Assembly: GCA_012295275.1 (NCBI GenBank) | Contig: CM022677.1 | Location: forward strand, 24,800,001-24,864,000 | Length of the DNA stretch: 64,000 nucleotides | Reading direction: 5' to 3' | Origin: Chrysomallon squamiferum | Lineage: Eukaryota; Animalia; Mollusca | In this document: piece by piece, positions 1 through 13,044 of the stretch | Layout of the letters: each line of letters opens with the position of its first letter | Position numbering within the stretch: the stretch's first letter is position 1 | Program-made: the position numbers and the translations under genes | Notes under the pieces: generated by a model | Told to the model about the DNA's origin: nothing | Database searches by the model: none | Seen by the model: the letters and a program-made list of their open reading frames with translations, nothing else

Positions 1-218
1 TGAAATAAACGATAAGGATATCTTCAGTACAGTTTGTTCGATCGATCATTCATGTAATGTCAAGAAAACGGAGGAATATGAATGCAAATGTGAACTAGAC
101 AGTTCTGACATACGAATGTACAAACTGACGATTTCCGGCGTGCAAACTAAACATGACTATCTTTGGAGATGTCGAACTGGACTGCATCTTAGCAGACGTT
201 TCAAGTTTAACATTTATA
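1..218 (+). CDS. Ig-like domain exon A1 (5'-truncated by window edge)
   Basis: Frame from base 2 reads EINDKDIFSTVCSIDHSCNVKKTEEYECKCELDSSDIRMYKLTISGVQTKHDYLWRCRTGLHLSRRFKFNIY. It has the same C-x5-C-x9-C-x-C...YKLTI...D-x3-WRC motif as the downstream exons and a phase-1 donor A|GTAAAT at 219. Not in the ORF track. Confidence 0.85.
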
Positions 219-422
219 GTAAATAATATTCTTTTGAGTACTGCTACACCTCAAGTGAATGTTCTAAACTAGCTTAATATAATTAATGTAAAATAGAAAT
301 AAGACCATGAATACTGATGATGATGATGATGATGATAAAGATGACGACAACAACAACAACTACAACAAAAACATCAACAACAATAATAATAAAATTATAA
401 CAGTAATAACATTAACAATAAC

Positions 423-464
<42 letters not shown>

Positions 465-582
465 AACAGCAGTAATAATGATAATAATAATAATAAAAAT
501 TGAGACACAATTATAAAACACAACCGTATTTTAATTACACTTTGCTTTCAAATTTATTAATATTATCATCACCAGCGACGTC

Positions 583-900
<318 letters not shown>

Positions 901-902
901 AG

Positions 903-1229
903 GTGTATCGGTAGAGATGTATGGGCCACCCAGCGTTGCACTGGGGAACAAGTACACTTTGTTTTGTCGAGTGTCATCTGCCAAACTGGCTAAAAAATTT
1001 ATCTATTTCCAAGCGAAAGTCAAAGGAGCTTTTCATTCAGTTTGCTTCTTGGACAAGTTGTGCAAGAGAATAGGTGCAACTGGAAACTTTGACTGTGAAT
1101 GCGCTGGACGAAGTCGATATGTTCAAGTTTACAAAATGACGATTCTCAGCATGAGGCTGGTTGATCGTAGAAGTTACAAATGTCAGATTGGTTCTTATAA
1201 GAGCAATCCTTTTATATTTAACATCAATA
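903..1229 (+). CDS. Ig-like domain exon A2 (327 nt, phase 1-1)
   Basis: Acceptor TTAG at 899-902, donor A|GTAAGA at 1230. GVSVEMYGPPSVALGNKYTLFC...IYFQ...CFLDKLC...CEC...YKMTILSMRLVDRRSYKC...SNPFIFNIN. Confidence 0.9.
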
Positions 1230-1294
1230 GTAAGAAATTTTACTCTGATTATACCCTTTAATATATTTCTTGTCTTTCTTAATTTTGTTCTGAC

Positions 1295-1336
<42 letters not shown>

Positions 1337-1600
1337 ATTTTTTCAATTTATTTATTTATTTATTTTTATTATTTTTTATTTTTTATTTTTGTTTTGTTTA
1401 TGTTACTATAATAACGACCCGTAGAATTGATTGTTACTGATTATTTGCTAAATGTTCAGTTTTATTATTATTATGTAGCTAATTTTATTTACCGAAGCAT
1501 AATAACAAAAATGAATGAATAACGACACTGAAATGTGATCATTATTAATTATTTGAATGTCATTATGTTATATTCTATCAAAAGTGGATTTGAATTTCAG

Positions 1601-1912
1601 GCGTCTTTGTTCAAATGACTGGCATCGACACAGACTACAAACTCTTCTGCATGATTACTACACTGTCTCCTCTCAGACTAAACGTACTCTTTCAAAGACA
1701 AGAAGGGCAGACCTTCTACACTGTTTGTTTAGTGTCTAGAAAATGTACTCCGGGTTTTCATTTACTATTTTATGAGTGCAGCTGTATGGAAGACAGTTTG
1801 GACGTGGGCCTCTATCAAATGACGTTATTAGACGTCAAGGGTATTGATTTCGTGAAATGGAGATGTCAGGCTGGACAAAGCTTTAGTAACGTTTTCTCTT
1901 TTTATGAAAACA
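1601..1912 (+). CDS. Ig-like domain exon A3 (312 nt, phase 1-1)
   Basis: Acceptor TTTCAG ending 1600, donor A|GTAAGA at 1913. GVFVQMTGIDTDYKLFC...LFQRQ...CLVSRKC...ECSC...YQMTLLDVKGIDFVKWRC. Confidence 0.9.
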
Positions 1913-2090
1913 GTAAGAAATTGTACACTTAACTCTCAAGATCCAGTTATCTACTTATGTTTCTACAATTTGTATCAAACGTCACATCACTTCTAGTCAG
2001 CTGTAATTTTGATATATGAGTCTGCCTGTAGATACCAGTAAACTATCTTAATAATAATTAATGAAAAACATGTTTTCCATTTCAGTAATA

Positions 2091-2152
<62 letters not shown>

Positions 2153-2198
2153 TAATAATGATAATAATAATAGTAATAATAATAATAATAATAATAGT

Positions 2199-2256
<58 letters not shown>

Positions 2257-2415
2257 GCATGTACAACTAATATAATTAAACATTTTATTTGTATCATCTT
2301 AGATACACTTGGTCAGTTATTATTATCATCATCATCATCATCATCATCATCAGTATCTGTATTATCTTTATTATTGTTGTTGTTATTATTATTATTATTT
2401 ATTATTATTATTATT

Positions 2416-2452
<37 letters not shown>

Positions 2453-2458
2453 TTATTA

Positions 2459-2543
<85 letters not shown>

Positions 2544-2867
2544 CTATTATTGTTAGTGTTGTTGTTGTTGTATTACTTATGATGTAATATTGTAATTTTT
2601 CTTCTTATTTTTCTTTTTAGTTTGCACCATTTTTGTTTATACAATTTGAAGTAAATAATCATTTAATGATTCTTTTAAAATCAAATATATTTATTTATTT
2701 CTTTATTTATTCATTCATTTTCATTCTTTCGTTATTATTGGTTCGTTAGTTAGTCATTCACTCATTCATTTTTATTTAATTTTATTTAATTTCATTTATT
2801 TAATTTCATTTTATTTTAATTTTTAATTTATTTATTTTATTCATTCATTATTCATTATTATTATTAC

Positions 2868-2931
<64 letters not shown>

Positions 2932-2935
2932 TCAG

Positions 2936-3262
2936 ATGCGCTTCTTGTCATGAACGGAAAATTATACGCTGCAATCAAAATGAACTATACACTTTATTGT
3001 TCTGTTTCTGACGCTGAAAGCAAATCCTCCTACACTCTGCAATTTCAGAAATACGTAGACGGGGTCTATATCACTTTCTGTATGATACATAAATCGTGCA
3101 ATCGTCACTTTAATATCAAAGGCTATACCTGCGCATGCGTAGATCAAACTCGGACCCACTTGTATAAAATGACGATAGAAAGGGTAAAGGCAAGTGACTA
3201 CAACGGATGGAGGTGCCAGCTTGGGAAAGATCTGAGCAACTTCTTCAAGTTTGATGTTCCCT
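2936..3262 (+). CDS. Ig-like domain exon A4 (327 nt, phase 1-1)
   Basis: Acceptor TTTCAG ending 2935, donor T|GTAAGA at 3263. DALLVMNGKLYAAIKMNYTLYC...FQKY...CMIHKSC...TCAC...YKMTIERVKASDYNGWRC. Confidence 0.9.
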
Positions 3263-3453
3263 GTAAGACGTTTTGTCGTCCTAATTGCATCCTTAGAATA
3301 AAACTAGTCTGCCTCTTTCTCTACGGTTTACAATATCTATGTGAAGGACTCGATTTTACAAGTCTATAATTAGTTATCATTGTCTGGCTCATTTTACTTT
3401 TATTTTCTGTTCTTTACACTCTTTATCTTTTTTTTTTTTTTGCCAATATTATT

Positions 3454-3552
<99 letters not shown>

Positions 3553-3630
3553 GCTAGATAGATAGATAGATAGATAGATAGGGATACTGATGAATAAATA
3601 GATAGAGATACAGGTGTTTCTCTTTTCTAG

Positions 3631-3942
3631 GGAAACCTGTGCAAATGGGAGGTCTACCCAATCCTGTTCTGGGGAAGAATTATACGTTGTTTTGCATGGT
3701 CTATTCTATCGTAAGACTAAATAAACAGGTGATATTCATCAGGCGCAGTGGAGGTAAAGTTCATGGAATATGTTCCGTTGCACCAACCTGCTCGGTGAAA
3801 TTTAGCGTTGTCAGCTACCACTGTGGATGCTTAAATATGGTAGGAGTGGAACGAAATTTCAAATTGACAATAGAAAGTTTGTCGATGGAAGATGAAAGTA
3901 AATGGCAGTGTAGAGTTGGAAAAGTGAACAGTTACATTTTAG
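3631..3942 (+). CDS. Ig-like domain exon A5 (312 nt, phase 1-1)
   Basis: Acceptor TTTTCTAG ending 3630, donor G|GTAAGG at 3943. KPVQMGGLPNPVLGKNYTLFC...IFIRR...CSVAPTC...HCGC...FKLTIESLSMEDESKWQC. Confidence 0.9.
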
Positions 3943-4066
3943 GTAAGGATTTTGTTATCATCTTTTGAGCATTATTGAAACTGCAAGGTGTAAATTGCTG
4001 TGTATTCAATTTTCAATAGTTTATTTATTTTATTTTTTTTTTTATTTTATTTTATTTTTTTTTTTT

Positions 4067-4131
<65 letters not shown>

Positions 4132-4513
4132 TTTTTTTTTTTTATTTATTTATTTATTTATTTTTTTTTTTTTTATTTATTTTTTTATTTATTTATTTAT
4201 TCTTTGTGTTTTTTCATTTTGGCATTATTTTTTCAGAATTTCTTTGTTTCGTTTTTATATGTTTATTTTGATTAGATTTCATTTCTAAGAATTTTTCTAA
4301 ATTAGATTTGTATTTATGAAATACTGGTCACTTGAAACAGATGTTGTTTTGGTATATAGTTTCAGCCAGGGTAAAGTTTGGATCCTTCTGAACTGAATCA
4401 TTTTATAAATTTTCCCAACTGATATTTTAGAACCAGCCTATCAATGAATACCGTGAAAGAAAAACAGAATAAACAAATAAACAAACAAACAAACAAACAA
4501 ACAAAAAAAAAAA

Positions 4514-4572
<59 letters not shown>

Positions 4573-5189
4573 ATAGAAAGCAAAGAAACAAGACAGAAAT
4601 ATATTACGTACATGTCATATATTTACGTATCCTGTTGTCTTTTCAGTTGAATATCTTATTTTTCAAAAATGTTTAACTTAACAGCATTAACGATATCTGT
4701 TATTATTACAAAATGTCTGATTTAAATATGACGTCATTAACATCACGTGAAGTTTTGCATCAAATGATGACGCCGTATTGAAAGAATATGACGTTTCAGT
4801 GATTTTTTTTTTTTTTTTTAATAATTTTAATGTTGTCATTTTTGGGGTTTTAAATGTTCAGTGATTATGGATAGCTGAACTAAACAACAACAAAAAACAA
4901 CAACAACAACAACAACAACAATAATAATAATAATAAATGAATGAATGAATATATATATATATATATATTAATAATTATGTATGTGAAAATGTTCTAATAA
5001 TTTATTAAATGAAAATAAATCTAATGTAGTCAAATTAAGTTCACTTAATTTTATTTTATATTCTTTAATTTACTTTATTTTATTTGATGCATTTATTAGT
5101 TATAGCTTTAGTTTATCAAATGTTCTGTAAACAATACAGTTTAAAATAAATAGTTCAAAATGTTGCTGATACTTATTTTCTATTTTTAG

Positions 5190-5272
5190 ATTTACGTTTT
5201 GTAAACAGCACACAAAAGAGAACGAAGAAAGAAATCGAAAAAAAAGAAAAGAGGCTGACAATAGTTCACTGA
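5190..5272 (+). CDS. Candidate terminal coding exon of Ig gene A (basic tail, no transmembrane helix)
   Basis: Pyrimidine-rich acceptor ...TTTTCTATTTTTAG ending 5189. The phase-1 join to A5 gives SYIL-DLRFVNSTQKRTKKEIEKKEKRLTIVH*, which would supply the final beta-strand missing from the short A5 exon. Confidence 0.5.
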
Positions 5273-5747
5273 AAGAGTTTTTTTTTTTTTTTTTCTTTGA
5301 TGTACTTTTTCTTTCATTTGAAAAAGATCGTGTGAAGTTTCTCTTCTTTTTTCATTAAAGGCTTCTTTCAGAACTTTTATCTTGTTTGTCCTATGTTACA
5401 AAATAAATAAATTAATTAAAATAAGAATTAAAAAAATAGAAAGAAAGAACGAAAGAAAGAAAAAAGAAAACGCGAAAAACACGAAAGCGGAACAATATGT
5501 CAGTTGCTATTTATAGCACACTCTTTCATGAAAAATAAAACATAAGTTAAAATGTTTAAAACTGAAATTAAAATACAGTTTCTACAATTACTAGTTAGAT
5601 ATTTCACAAAAAAAAAATAATAATAATAATAATAATAATAACAATGTCATCAATTCCAGTAATATCCACCTATGATCACAAAATATTTCCAATAATTTTT
5701 ATAATATCCAAAGCATTGGTCATATTTATTTCTCGGTCGCGTAATTT

Positions 5748-5870
5748 CGTGACGTAAAGGAAGTGATTATTTACAGAATAGGACTTCACTACTTACAAAA
5801 TTTCATATTACGTCAACGAGATCTAATGACGTGGAATCCTACGTCATACTTTTATCTCTAACGATTGGTT
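5748..5870. promoter_or_regulatory. Cluster of CRE/ATF-like sites upstream of Ig gene B
   Basis: TGACGTAA (5750), TTACGTCA (5808), TGACGTGG (~5827), TACGTCAT (~5840), GGAAGT (5759) and ATTGG (~5864) within ~120 bp of otherwise CpG-poor DNA. Confidence 0.35.
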
Positions 5871-6094
5871 CACTGTGTTTTTTGACATTTTCATATTTGA
5901 AATATTTACTTACTTTTTATCATTTAAATTTTGGTTTTTGGTCCGAGTACTAAAATGAATAATAATAAAAGTTTAAAAACAAAAAAAAAATGTAAAAACA
6001 AAACAAAAAAACAAAAAAAAAAAAAAAAAAAATTATTAGAAAAAAGATTAAATAATTAATGAAAATTTGATTCAAATCATTAAAAAAAAATGTA

Positions 6095-6138
<44 letters not shown>

Positions 6139-6404
6139 TGTGTGTGTAAATTATCTGTACGTACTTAGAGCACACAACGAATGTACAGGTTCAAGGATGT
6201 TAGAGTATCATTTGAAGAGACTGGAAATTAAAAATTTCTACATCATAATGGTATTTCAGAGGAAAGAGTTAATTATGATTTATATAATTATAAAAATACA
6301 TAAACCTAAACAAACGAGAATGTGAACACGAACACATATTAATTATAAAAAAAAAAAAAAAATAATAAATAAAAAATAAATTAATATTAACATATTCGGA
6401 AACA

Positions 6405-6454
<50 letters not shown>

Positions 6455-6562
6455 AGTGCTTAGATACATAGATATTTACATACATACATACATATAAATA
6501 TATCCATACATATATTATTAAACAACAGGCGTATATTAAAAGCAAGAAAATAAAAATTAAAT

Positions 6563-6595
<33 letters not shown>

Positions 6596-6907
6596 AAATA
6601 AAATCATTTTGACATTTATTATCTGAATTCACTGGATAAATTTCAGAAACAATTTATAGCAACAAAGCAGGAAAAAACATCAATAACAAAACGAGAACAA
6701 CACAAAAAATAGACAAACACAAACAAATGTAACAAAATAACTAAATAAACAAATATAAAAATATAAATAAACGCACATTACAGTCAAATGGGAAATGCTG
6801 AGTATTCAGATATAGATCAAGATAGTTTTGGTTCTAATTTTGTCCTTTTTTTTCCCGCTAAGTTCGGACAATTTCAAGTTACTGTTAGAAAAGAAAAAAA
6901 TTACACG

Positions 6908-6995
6908 ATGCTGAAAAAAACATCTGAAAAGTTTGTGCTAATAGGATTTCTGATAATATCTGCCATTTCTTCTGTGAACGGGATTTTACACCACA
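6908..6995 (+). CDS. Candidate signal-peptide exon of Ig gene B
   Basis: ATG at 6908 gives MLKKTSEKFVLIGFLIISAISSVNGILHH (basic n-region, hydrophobic core, V-N-G cleavage-like end). A weak phase-1 donor A|GTACTA at 6996 is in frame with B1. Confidence 0.55.
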
Positions 6996-7293
6996 GTACT
7001 ATTATTTACTTGTATAATCTGTGTGTATGTATGTATGTCAGTATGTAGTTGTGTGTATGTATATATGTATATATGTGTGTATGTATGGAGATGTATGGGA
7101 GTGTTTATAGGTAAGTATGTGTGTATCTATGTGTGCGTGTGTTTTTATTTGTATATATATATATATATATATACACATACACACATATATATGCACACAC
7201 ACACACAAACACAAACACAGACAGATGCATAAATTCATACATAATTTTAAAAATAATTTTATAACACCAGAACTTTTAATTATTCTTTTTCTT

Positions 7294-7344
<51 letters not shown>

Positions 7345-7435
7345 TTTTATTCTTATTCTTCTTTGTTTTAATTTTTTAATGTGTTAAAACAAACACGTTA
7401 CATCAACAAACGTTTAATTAATATTTCTCTTACAG

Positions 7436-7762
7436 TACTTTCTGTGGCTATGAACGGTCCGCCTAACGCCGTTCTGGGTCAGTCTTACTCTCTGTTCTGT
7501 TCTGTCGTTCCCGATGACGATATTTTTGCCACTATTCATTTTCAAAGACAAGATGGATTATCGTTTTCGTCACCGTGTGTCGTGCAAGCGTCTTGTGAAG
7601 ACACCGTAGCTGAAGACGGCTACCAGTGTTCCTGCGTACGTAATCAACCTGGACATAGGCTCTTCATGATGACCATTCAGGCGGTCAAGCTTGAAGATAA
7701 AACGTCTTGGAAATGTCAGATAACATTCCATGCAAGCAACCTGTTCACATTCAATCTTTTCA
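7436..7762 (+). CDS. Ig-like domain exon B1 (327 nt, phase 1-1)
   Basis: Acceptor CTTACAG ending 7435, donor A|GTAACA at 7763. LSVAMNGPPNAVLGQSYSLFC...HFQRQ...CVVQASC...QCSC...FMMTIQAVKLEDKTSWKC. Confidence 0.9.
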
Positions 7763-8032
7763 GTAACAACTTTATTATTTGTATATGTCTGTGTGTGTGT
7801 GTGTGTGCGTGTGTGTATAATGTCTGAGTGTTTGTATGTGTGTATTATTGTTGTTGTTCTTGAATTTTTATTATTGTTATTATTAGTGTTACTAAAACAA
7901 GGATGATTGTATATCTATCACTAACAGTTTATTATTCATTAATACACACACACACACACACACACACATACACACTCACACACAAACACTCACACAGAGA
8001 CACATTAAAAAAAACTTAATATATTCTTCAAG

Positions 8033-8359
8033 CTGCATCTCTACAAATGCACGGACCTCCTAATGTCGTTCTGGATCACAGATGTACCCTGTTTTGTACC
8101 GTTTCTTCCAAGACCACCATCGAAACGAAAATCGAGTTTCGAAGACTGTCCTCTGGATCGTTCATTTCAATATGCACTGTTGACCACTACTGTTCTGAAT
8201 ATTACCAGAGAGAACAGTATCACTGCGGATGTACAGAGAGCAGAGGAATGAACCCAGTGTACACGATGACAATTCCCAACGTCAAGAAAATCGACCGCAG
8301 CATGTGGAGATGTCAAAGTGGACCGAGTTACAGCAATCAGATCAAATTCAATATCTTCA
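8033..8359 (+). CDS. Ig-like domain exon B2 (327 nt, phase 1-1)
   Basis: Acceptor TTCAAG ending 8032, donor A|GTAAGC at 8360. ASLQMHGPPNVVLDHRCTLFC...EFRR...CTVDHYC...HCGC...YTMTIPNVKKIDRSMWRC. Confidence 0.9.
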
Positions 8360-8546
8360 GTAAGCGATATGAAATCATCATTAAAGTAACTAAAATAACA
8401 TCGACAGATAGATAGGTTGATAGATGGTAGATATATAGATATATAGATAGGTAGACAGATAGGTAGATAGATAGATGGATAGATAGATATACAGATAGAC
8501 AGATATATAGATAGAATAAGCGATGATTCAGCAACGTTTCGTAGGC

Positions 8547-8624
<78 letters not shown>

Positions 8625-8919
8625 CTCTAACCCAAATGACTATTCAAAGCTCCTTAACTTTATTACATTTACTTTTATCAACATCACGAAATCGATAATA
8701 ATATTTACATATGTATAGATAGATATCAGACAGACAGATATAGAAAACAAGTAACTAGACAGACTGATATAACTCATCAGATAAATAAATAGACAGAAGG
8801 AAAGACAGAGACCCAGAGCAGACAGATTAGACAGAAAGACAGACAAACAGATGGACAGTCAGACAACTAGACGTTAACAGATAATTTGATAAATGTCACA
8901 CCTAGCTGTCTTGTTACAG

Positions 8920-9246
8920 GTGTAACTGTGCAAATGTATGGGCCGCCTAATATTGTCCTGGGAATGAATTACACTTTCTACTGCTCCGTGAATCCTGCAT
9001 CTAGAATGTCAGCTCCTCTGCTGTTTCAAAGAAACGAGGACGACGTCTTTATTCCACTGTGTGTGGTGTATGCATCGTGCAAACAGGGGTTCCGCTTAAC
9101 ACGATATCGTTGTGGTTGCGTAAACACCACCGCAAACGTCAGGCTATTTAGTATGACGATACTGGAAGTCGCCATAAGAGACAGCAGAAGTTGGAGATGT
9201 GAAGCAGAGCCCAGTATTAGCAATCATTTCCGATTTAACATTCACA
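8920..9246 (+). CDS. Ig-like domain exon B3 (327 nt, phase 1-1)
   Basis: Acceptor TTACAG ending 8919, donor A|GTAAGA at 9247. VTVQMYGPPNIVLGMNYTFYC...LFQR...CVVYASC...RCGC...FSMTILEVAIRDSRSWRC. Confidence 0.9.
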
Positions 9247-9407
9247 GTAAGACTTGTCCGAGATTTGCATCCGTTATAAGCGAAATCTTTCGAATAATAT
9301 TTTCTTCTTCTTCCTCTTCCTCCTCTTACTATTATGATTATTATCGGTAGTAGTAGTAGTAGTAATATATAATATATATATGTTGTTTCTTTTTGTTTTT
9401 ACGCTAG

Positions 9408-9734
9408 GTGTCTCTGTTCAAATGACTGGTAAACCGAGAGTAATTCTAGGAAAGAAATACACTTTCTTCTGTCCTGTAACTCCCTCCAATCGTATAGACG
9501 CTCCGCTTCACTTTCAGAGGTATGAACTGGGCTCCTTTATTACGGTGTGCCTGGTGGACACAAACTGCGTATCGACATTTCGTTTGGTCGGTTATGAATG
9601 TGGCTGCGTGTTCAGAAGGTCAGAACCGAGATATTACAAGCTCGTAGTGCAGAAGTTGGAGAAAAAACATCACAGAAGATGGCGCTGTCAGATGGGGCCT
9701 AGTTTTAGCAACCTGTTCAAGTTTAGAGTTCCCA
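9408..9734 (+). CDS. Ig-like domain exon B4 (327 nt, phase 1-1)
   Basis: Acceptor GCTAG ending 9407 after a T-rich tract, donor A|GTAAGT at 9735 (read-through gives SK-stop at 9742). VSVQMTGKPRVILGKKYTFFC...HFQR...CLVDTNC...ECGC...YKLVVQKLEKKHHRRWRC. Confidence 0.9.
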
Positions 9735-9913
9735 GTAAGTAACTTATACACACATACATGTATAGACACATACATACAAGTATATATACATGCGTGTTTA
9801 TATATGCATACATACATACATACATACATACATACAATGTATAAATATATACGTGTAGACATACATACACAAATATATCAATCTGTCCGTCTCTTTCTAT
9901 CTATCTATCAAAG

Positions 9914-9944
<31 letters not shown>

Positions 9945-10300
9945 ATATCTATCTATATATATATATATATACACACACACATACACAAACACATACACAC
10001 ACTCACACACACGTACATATATATATACACACATATATATACATACAGAAAATACATGAAATACATACATAATTACATACAAAATCATATTGATATATCT
10101 CTCTATACATGAATACACTCACACATACATGAATACACATACGTTAACTCACACAGATGCACATATACACAGACATACATGAACAAACCCACATATACAA
10201 AAAATAATAAGGTGTTTCCTGTCGCTAACGTTTATTTCTCAAAATGCATTTCTAATAAATAATAAAAAAACAGTGATTTCCATGGAAATTTAAATCGTGA

Positions 10301-10394
<94 letters not shown>

Positions 10395-10420
10395 GTAATA
10401 ATAATAATAATAATAAAAAT

Positions 10421-10620
10421 NNNNNNNNNNNNNNNNNNNNNNNNNNNNNNNNNNNNNNNNNNNNNNNNNNNNNNNNNNNNNNNNNNNNNNNNNNNNNNNN
10501 NNNNNNNNNNNNNNNNNNNNNNNNNNNNNNNNNNNNNNNNNNNNNNNNNNNNNNNNNNNNNNNNNNNNNNNNNNNNNNNNNNNNNNNNNNNNNNNNNNNN
10601 NNNNNNNNNNNNNNNNNNNN
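10421..10620. other. Assembly gap (200 N)
   Basis: Run of N preceded by an (AAT)n tract. True length and the relative orientation of the flanks are unknown. Confidence 1.
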
Positions 10621-10896
10621 TAATAGAATAATAATTAAGTATAATTAAGAATAATTAAACACATACGAGTAAGCATTGGATGACGTCACTTCATAGTGAG
10701 TTAATAAGAAAGAAGGAATTGTTATCTGATCACAGTATCCATCTCTCTCTCTCCAACTCTTTGTTATTATATTTGTTATAATAATAACAGTAACAACAAC
10801 AATAATAATAACACACAACAATAATAGTAACACAACAACAACAGTAACAATAATAATAACACAACAATAATATCAACAACAACAATGATAACAACC

Positions 10897-10957
<61 letters not shown>

Positions 10958-11773
10958 TAAGGATAATTTGAAAAATGTTGTAAAATTGCAGACAAATATA
11001 GAAAGTATGTTTATTAAACTGATTATTCATTAATTAATTTATATCATTTAATGATTTCAAAAACAAATAAAATAAAATAATCGAACTGCTTTATTAATCA
11101 AAAGAGAGAGAAACCGCCAACCATAACAGACAGATAAATATTTAAACAAACAAACAAAAAATAGAAAAGAAAAGAAAATGTTCGGATACGCGATCTCTCT
11201 TGCTTATTTCAGCTGCAAACGTTGGCCTCATTCTGAAAAATGAAAGAAAATATTTTAATCAGTTTATAATTCATTTTCACTTTTCTCAGGGTAATTAATT
11301 TAAAAGAAATAAGGTTGTACATTGACGAGACGAAAGTGCAGAAAGACCAAAGTAAACTATGTGAACATAGATAGAGAAAATAACAACAGAAGTAAAACAT
11401 AATTTATATGTTGTGAAAATAACCCAAAAAGGCAAAAAAAATAATAATAATAAAATTCATAACAAACGTAATCAATTTGTAATTTGCATAATTCTGTAGT
11501 TAAAAAACCAAAGTATGTGTTAATAAATACAGATTATAATAAAAAGTTGTAGATAATGATTTATTATAATAGTATTATGGAAAATAAATATATAACATAA
11601 TAATCGTAGTGTACGTTATAATTTACATAATTAAATCGTTCAACGTAATTACAGTGTTGAAAATAAAGATGATAACAAAAATCGTAAGATATAATTGTAT
11701 AATATTACTATGAAAAATATGTGAAAATGAATATAGATTTGCAAAATAGAGGATTCATTAAAATTATCTTCTT

Positions 11774-11804
<31 letters not shown>

Positions 11805-11886
11805 TTATTATTATTATTATTATTACGTTACGTTTTTTTTTCCTTGCCGTTTTATATATATATATATATTTTTTTTTATTACTTAC

Positions 11887-12204
11887 TTATCGCAATTATG
11901 TTGCTTACTGACTTTCCAATGATACACTGCCACTGATGCATATCCATCGCACTCAGGTTCACTATTTTCAAGTTGTATATTCGCATCTTCGATTCCGTCT
12001 TCGTGCACGAACACACGTATTCAGGTAGAGGCAGCCTCATTTTGCAGTCTTTGTCGACGATGCAAGCGACCCAGAATCCCGAACCGAAGTTTCGTTGAAA
12101 GAACAAAGGGCCGAGGATGTTTTTAGACGGAAAAACGAGACAGTAGACAGAGTACGAACTGCCGAGCACTGGGGTCACTGACCTGTAGATAGACACGCTT
12201 ACGT
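11887..12204 (-). CDS. Ig-like domain exon C3 (318 nt, phase 1-1; last domain of gene C)
   Basis: Minus-strand acceptor TTTTCAG (AG at 12206-12205), donor A|GTAAGT at 11886 (read-through gives SK-stop ending 11879). VSVSIYRSVTPVLGSSYSVYC...FFQR...CIVDKDC...VCSC...YNLKIVNLSAMDMHQWQC. Confidence 0.9.
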
Positions 12205-12455
12205 CTGAAAAAAAAAAATGAAATAAAATTTGACTTCAGTCAGTTTTAACTGTTACTGCCATCGTCGTTTCTGTTTGTTTGTTGTTGTTGATGGTGGTGG
12301 TGGTAGTGATGGTGGTGATGATGGTGGAGTTGTTGTTGTATCACTATTGATATTTATCATTTCTTCTTCCTCTTTTTCTTCTTGTTATTATTATTATAAT
12401 TATAATAATTATTATTATTATTATTATCGTCATTATTATCGTCATTACTGTTGTG

Positions 12456-12514
<59 letters not shown>

Positions 12515-12717
12515 AACCATTATCAGTGTTATCGTTATTATACTTACTACTCAGACACAAAATTGTTATCATTATCAACATCATCATCATCATCATCATC
12601 ATCATTGTTACCATTCAGACACAAAATCCTAACACTGTTCACTAAATAACTCTTAACACTCTGACATCAGTGTGAACCAGAAAAAACCAACTTTTACCCC
12701 TATTTCAGCGTTCTTAC

Positions 12718-13044
12718 TCTGAAGTTTGAAGGTGATGTAGTTGCTGTATCTCCTTCCTTGCTGACACCTCCACATGGCGTGGTCCACTTTTCTCATACTG
12801 TCTATCGTCAGTTTGTAGAACCTGTGTTGTGAATTCATTTGCAGGCAGCCGCAGGTATAGTTAGGGACCACGAACAAGTTCGTACAGTTCATGGTTATTG
12901 TGCAAAGACCGCTGAAGCCATTGCCCAAATCTCTTTGAAAAACGATCGGGTAGATTTTGTCCGGGATGGGATCCGCCCTGCACAGAATGCTGTATGGTTC
13001 GTCGAGTACCCCTAGATCACCACCCCGGATAAGTAGGTAAAATT
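12718..13044 (-). CDS. Ig-like domain exon C2 (327 nt, phase 1-1)
   Basis: Acceptor CTTCCAG (AG at 13046-13045), donor A|GTAAGA at 12717. EFYLLIRGGDLGVLDEPYSILC...VFQRDLGNGFSGLCTITMNC...TCGC...YKLTIDSMRKVDHAMWRC. Confidence 0.9.

Noticed and set aside
11170-11232. Terminal exon for Ig gene C at the minus-strand acceptor near 11233
   Set aside because: A phase-1 join gives only K-stop. Possible, but indistinguishable from chance or from read-through at C3 without transcripts.
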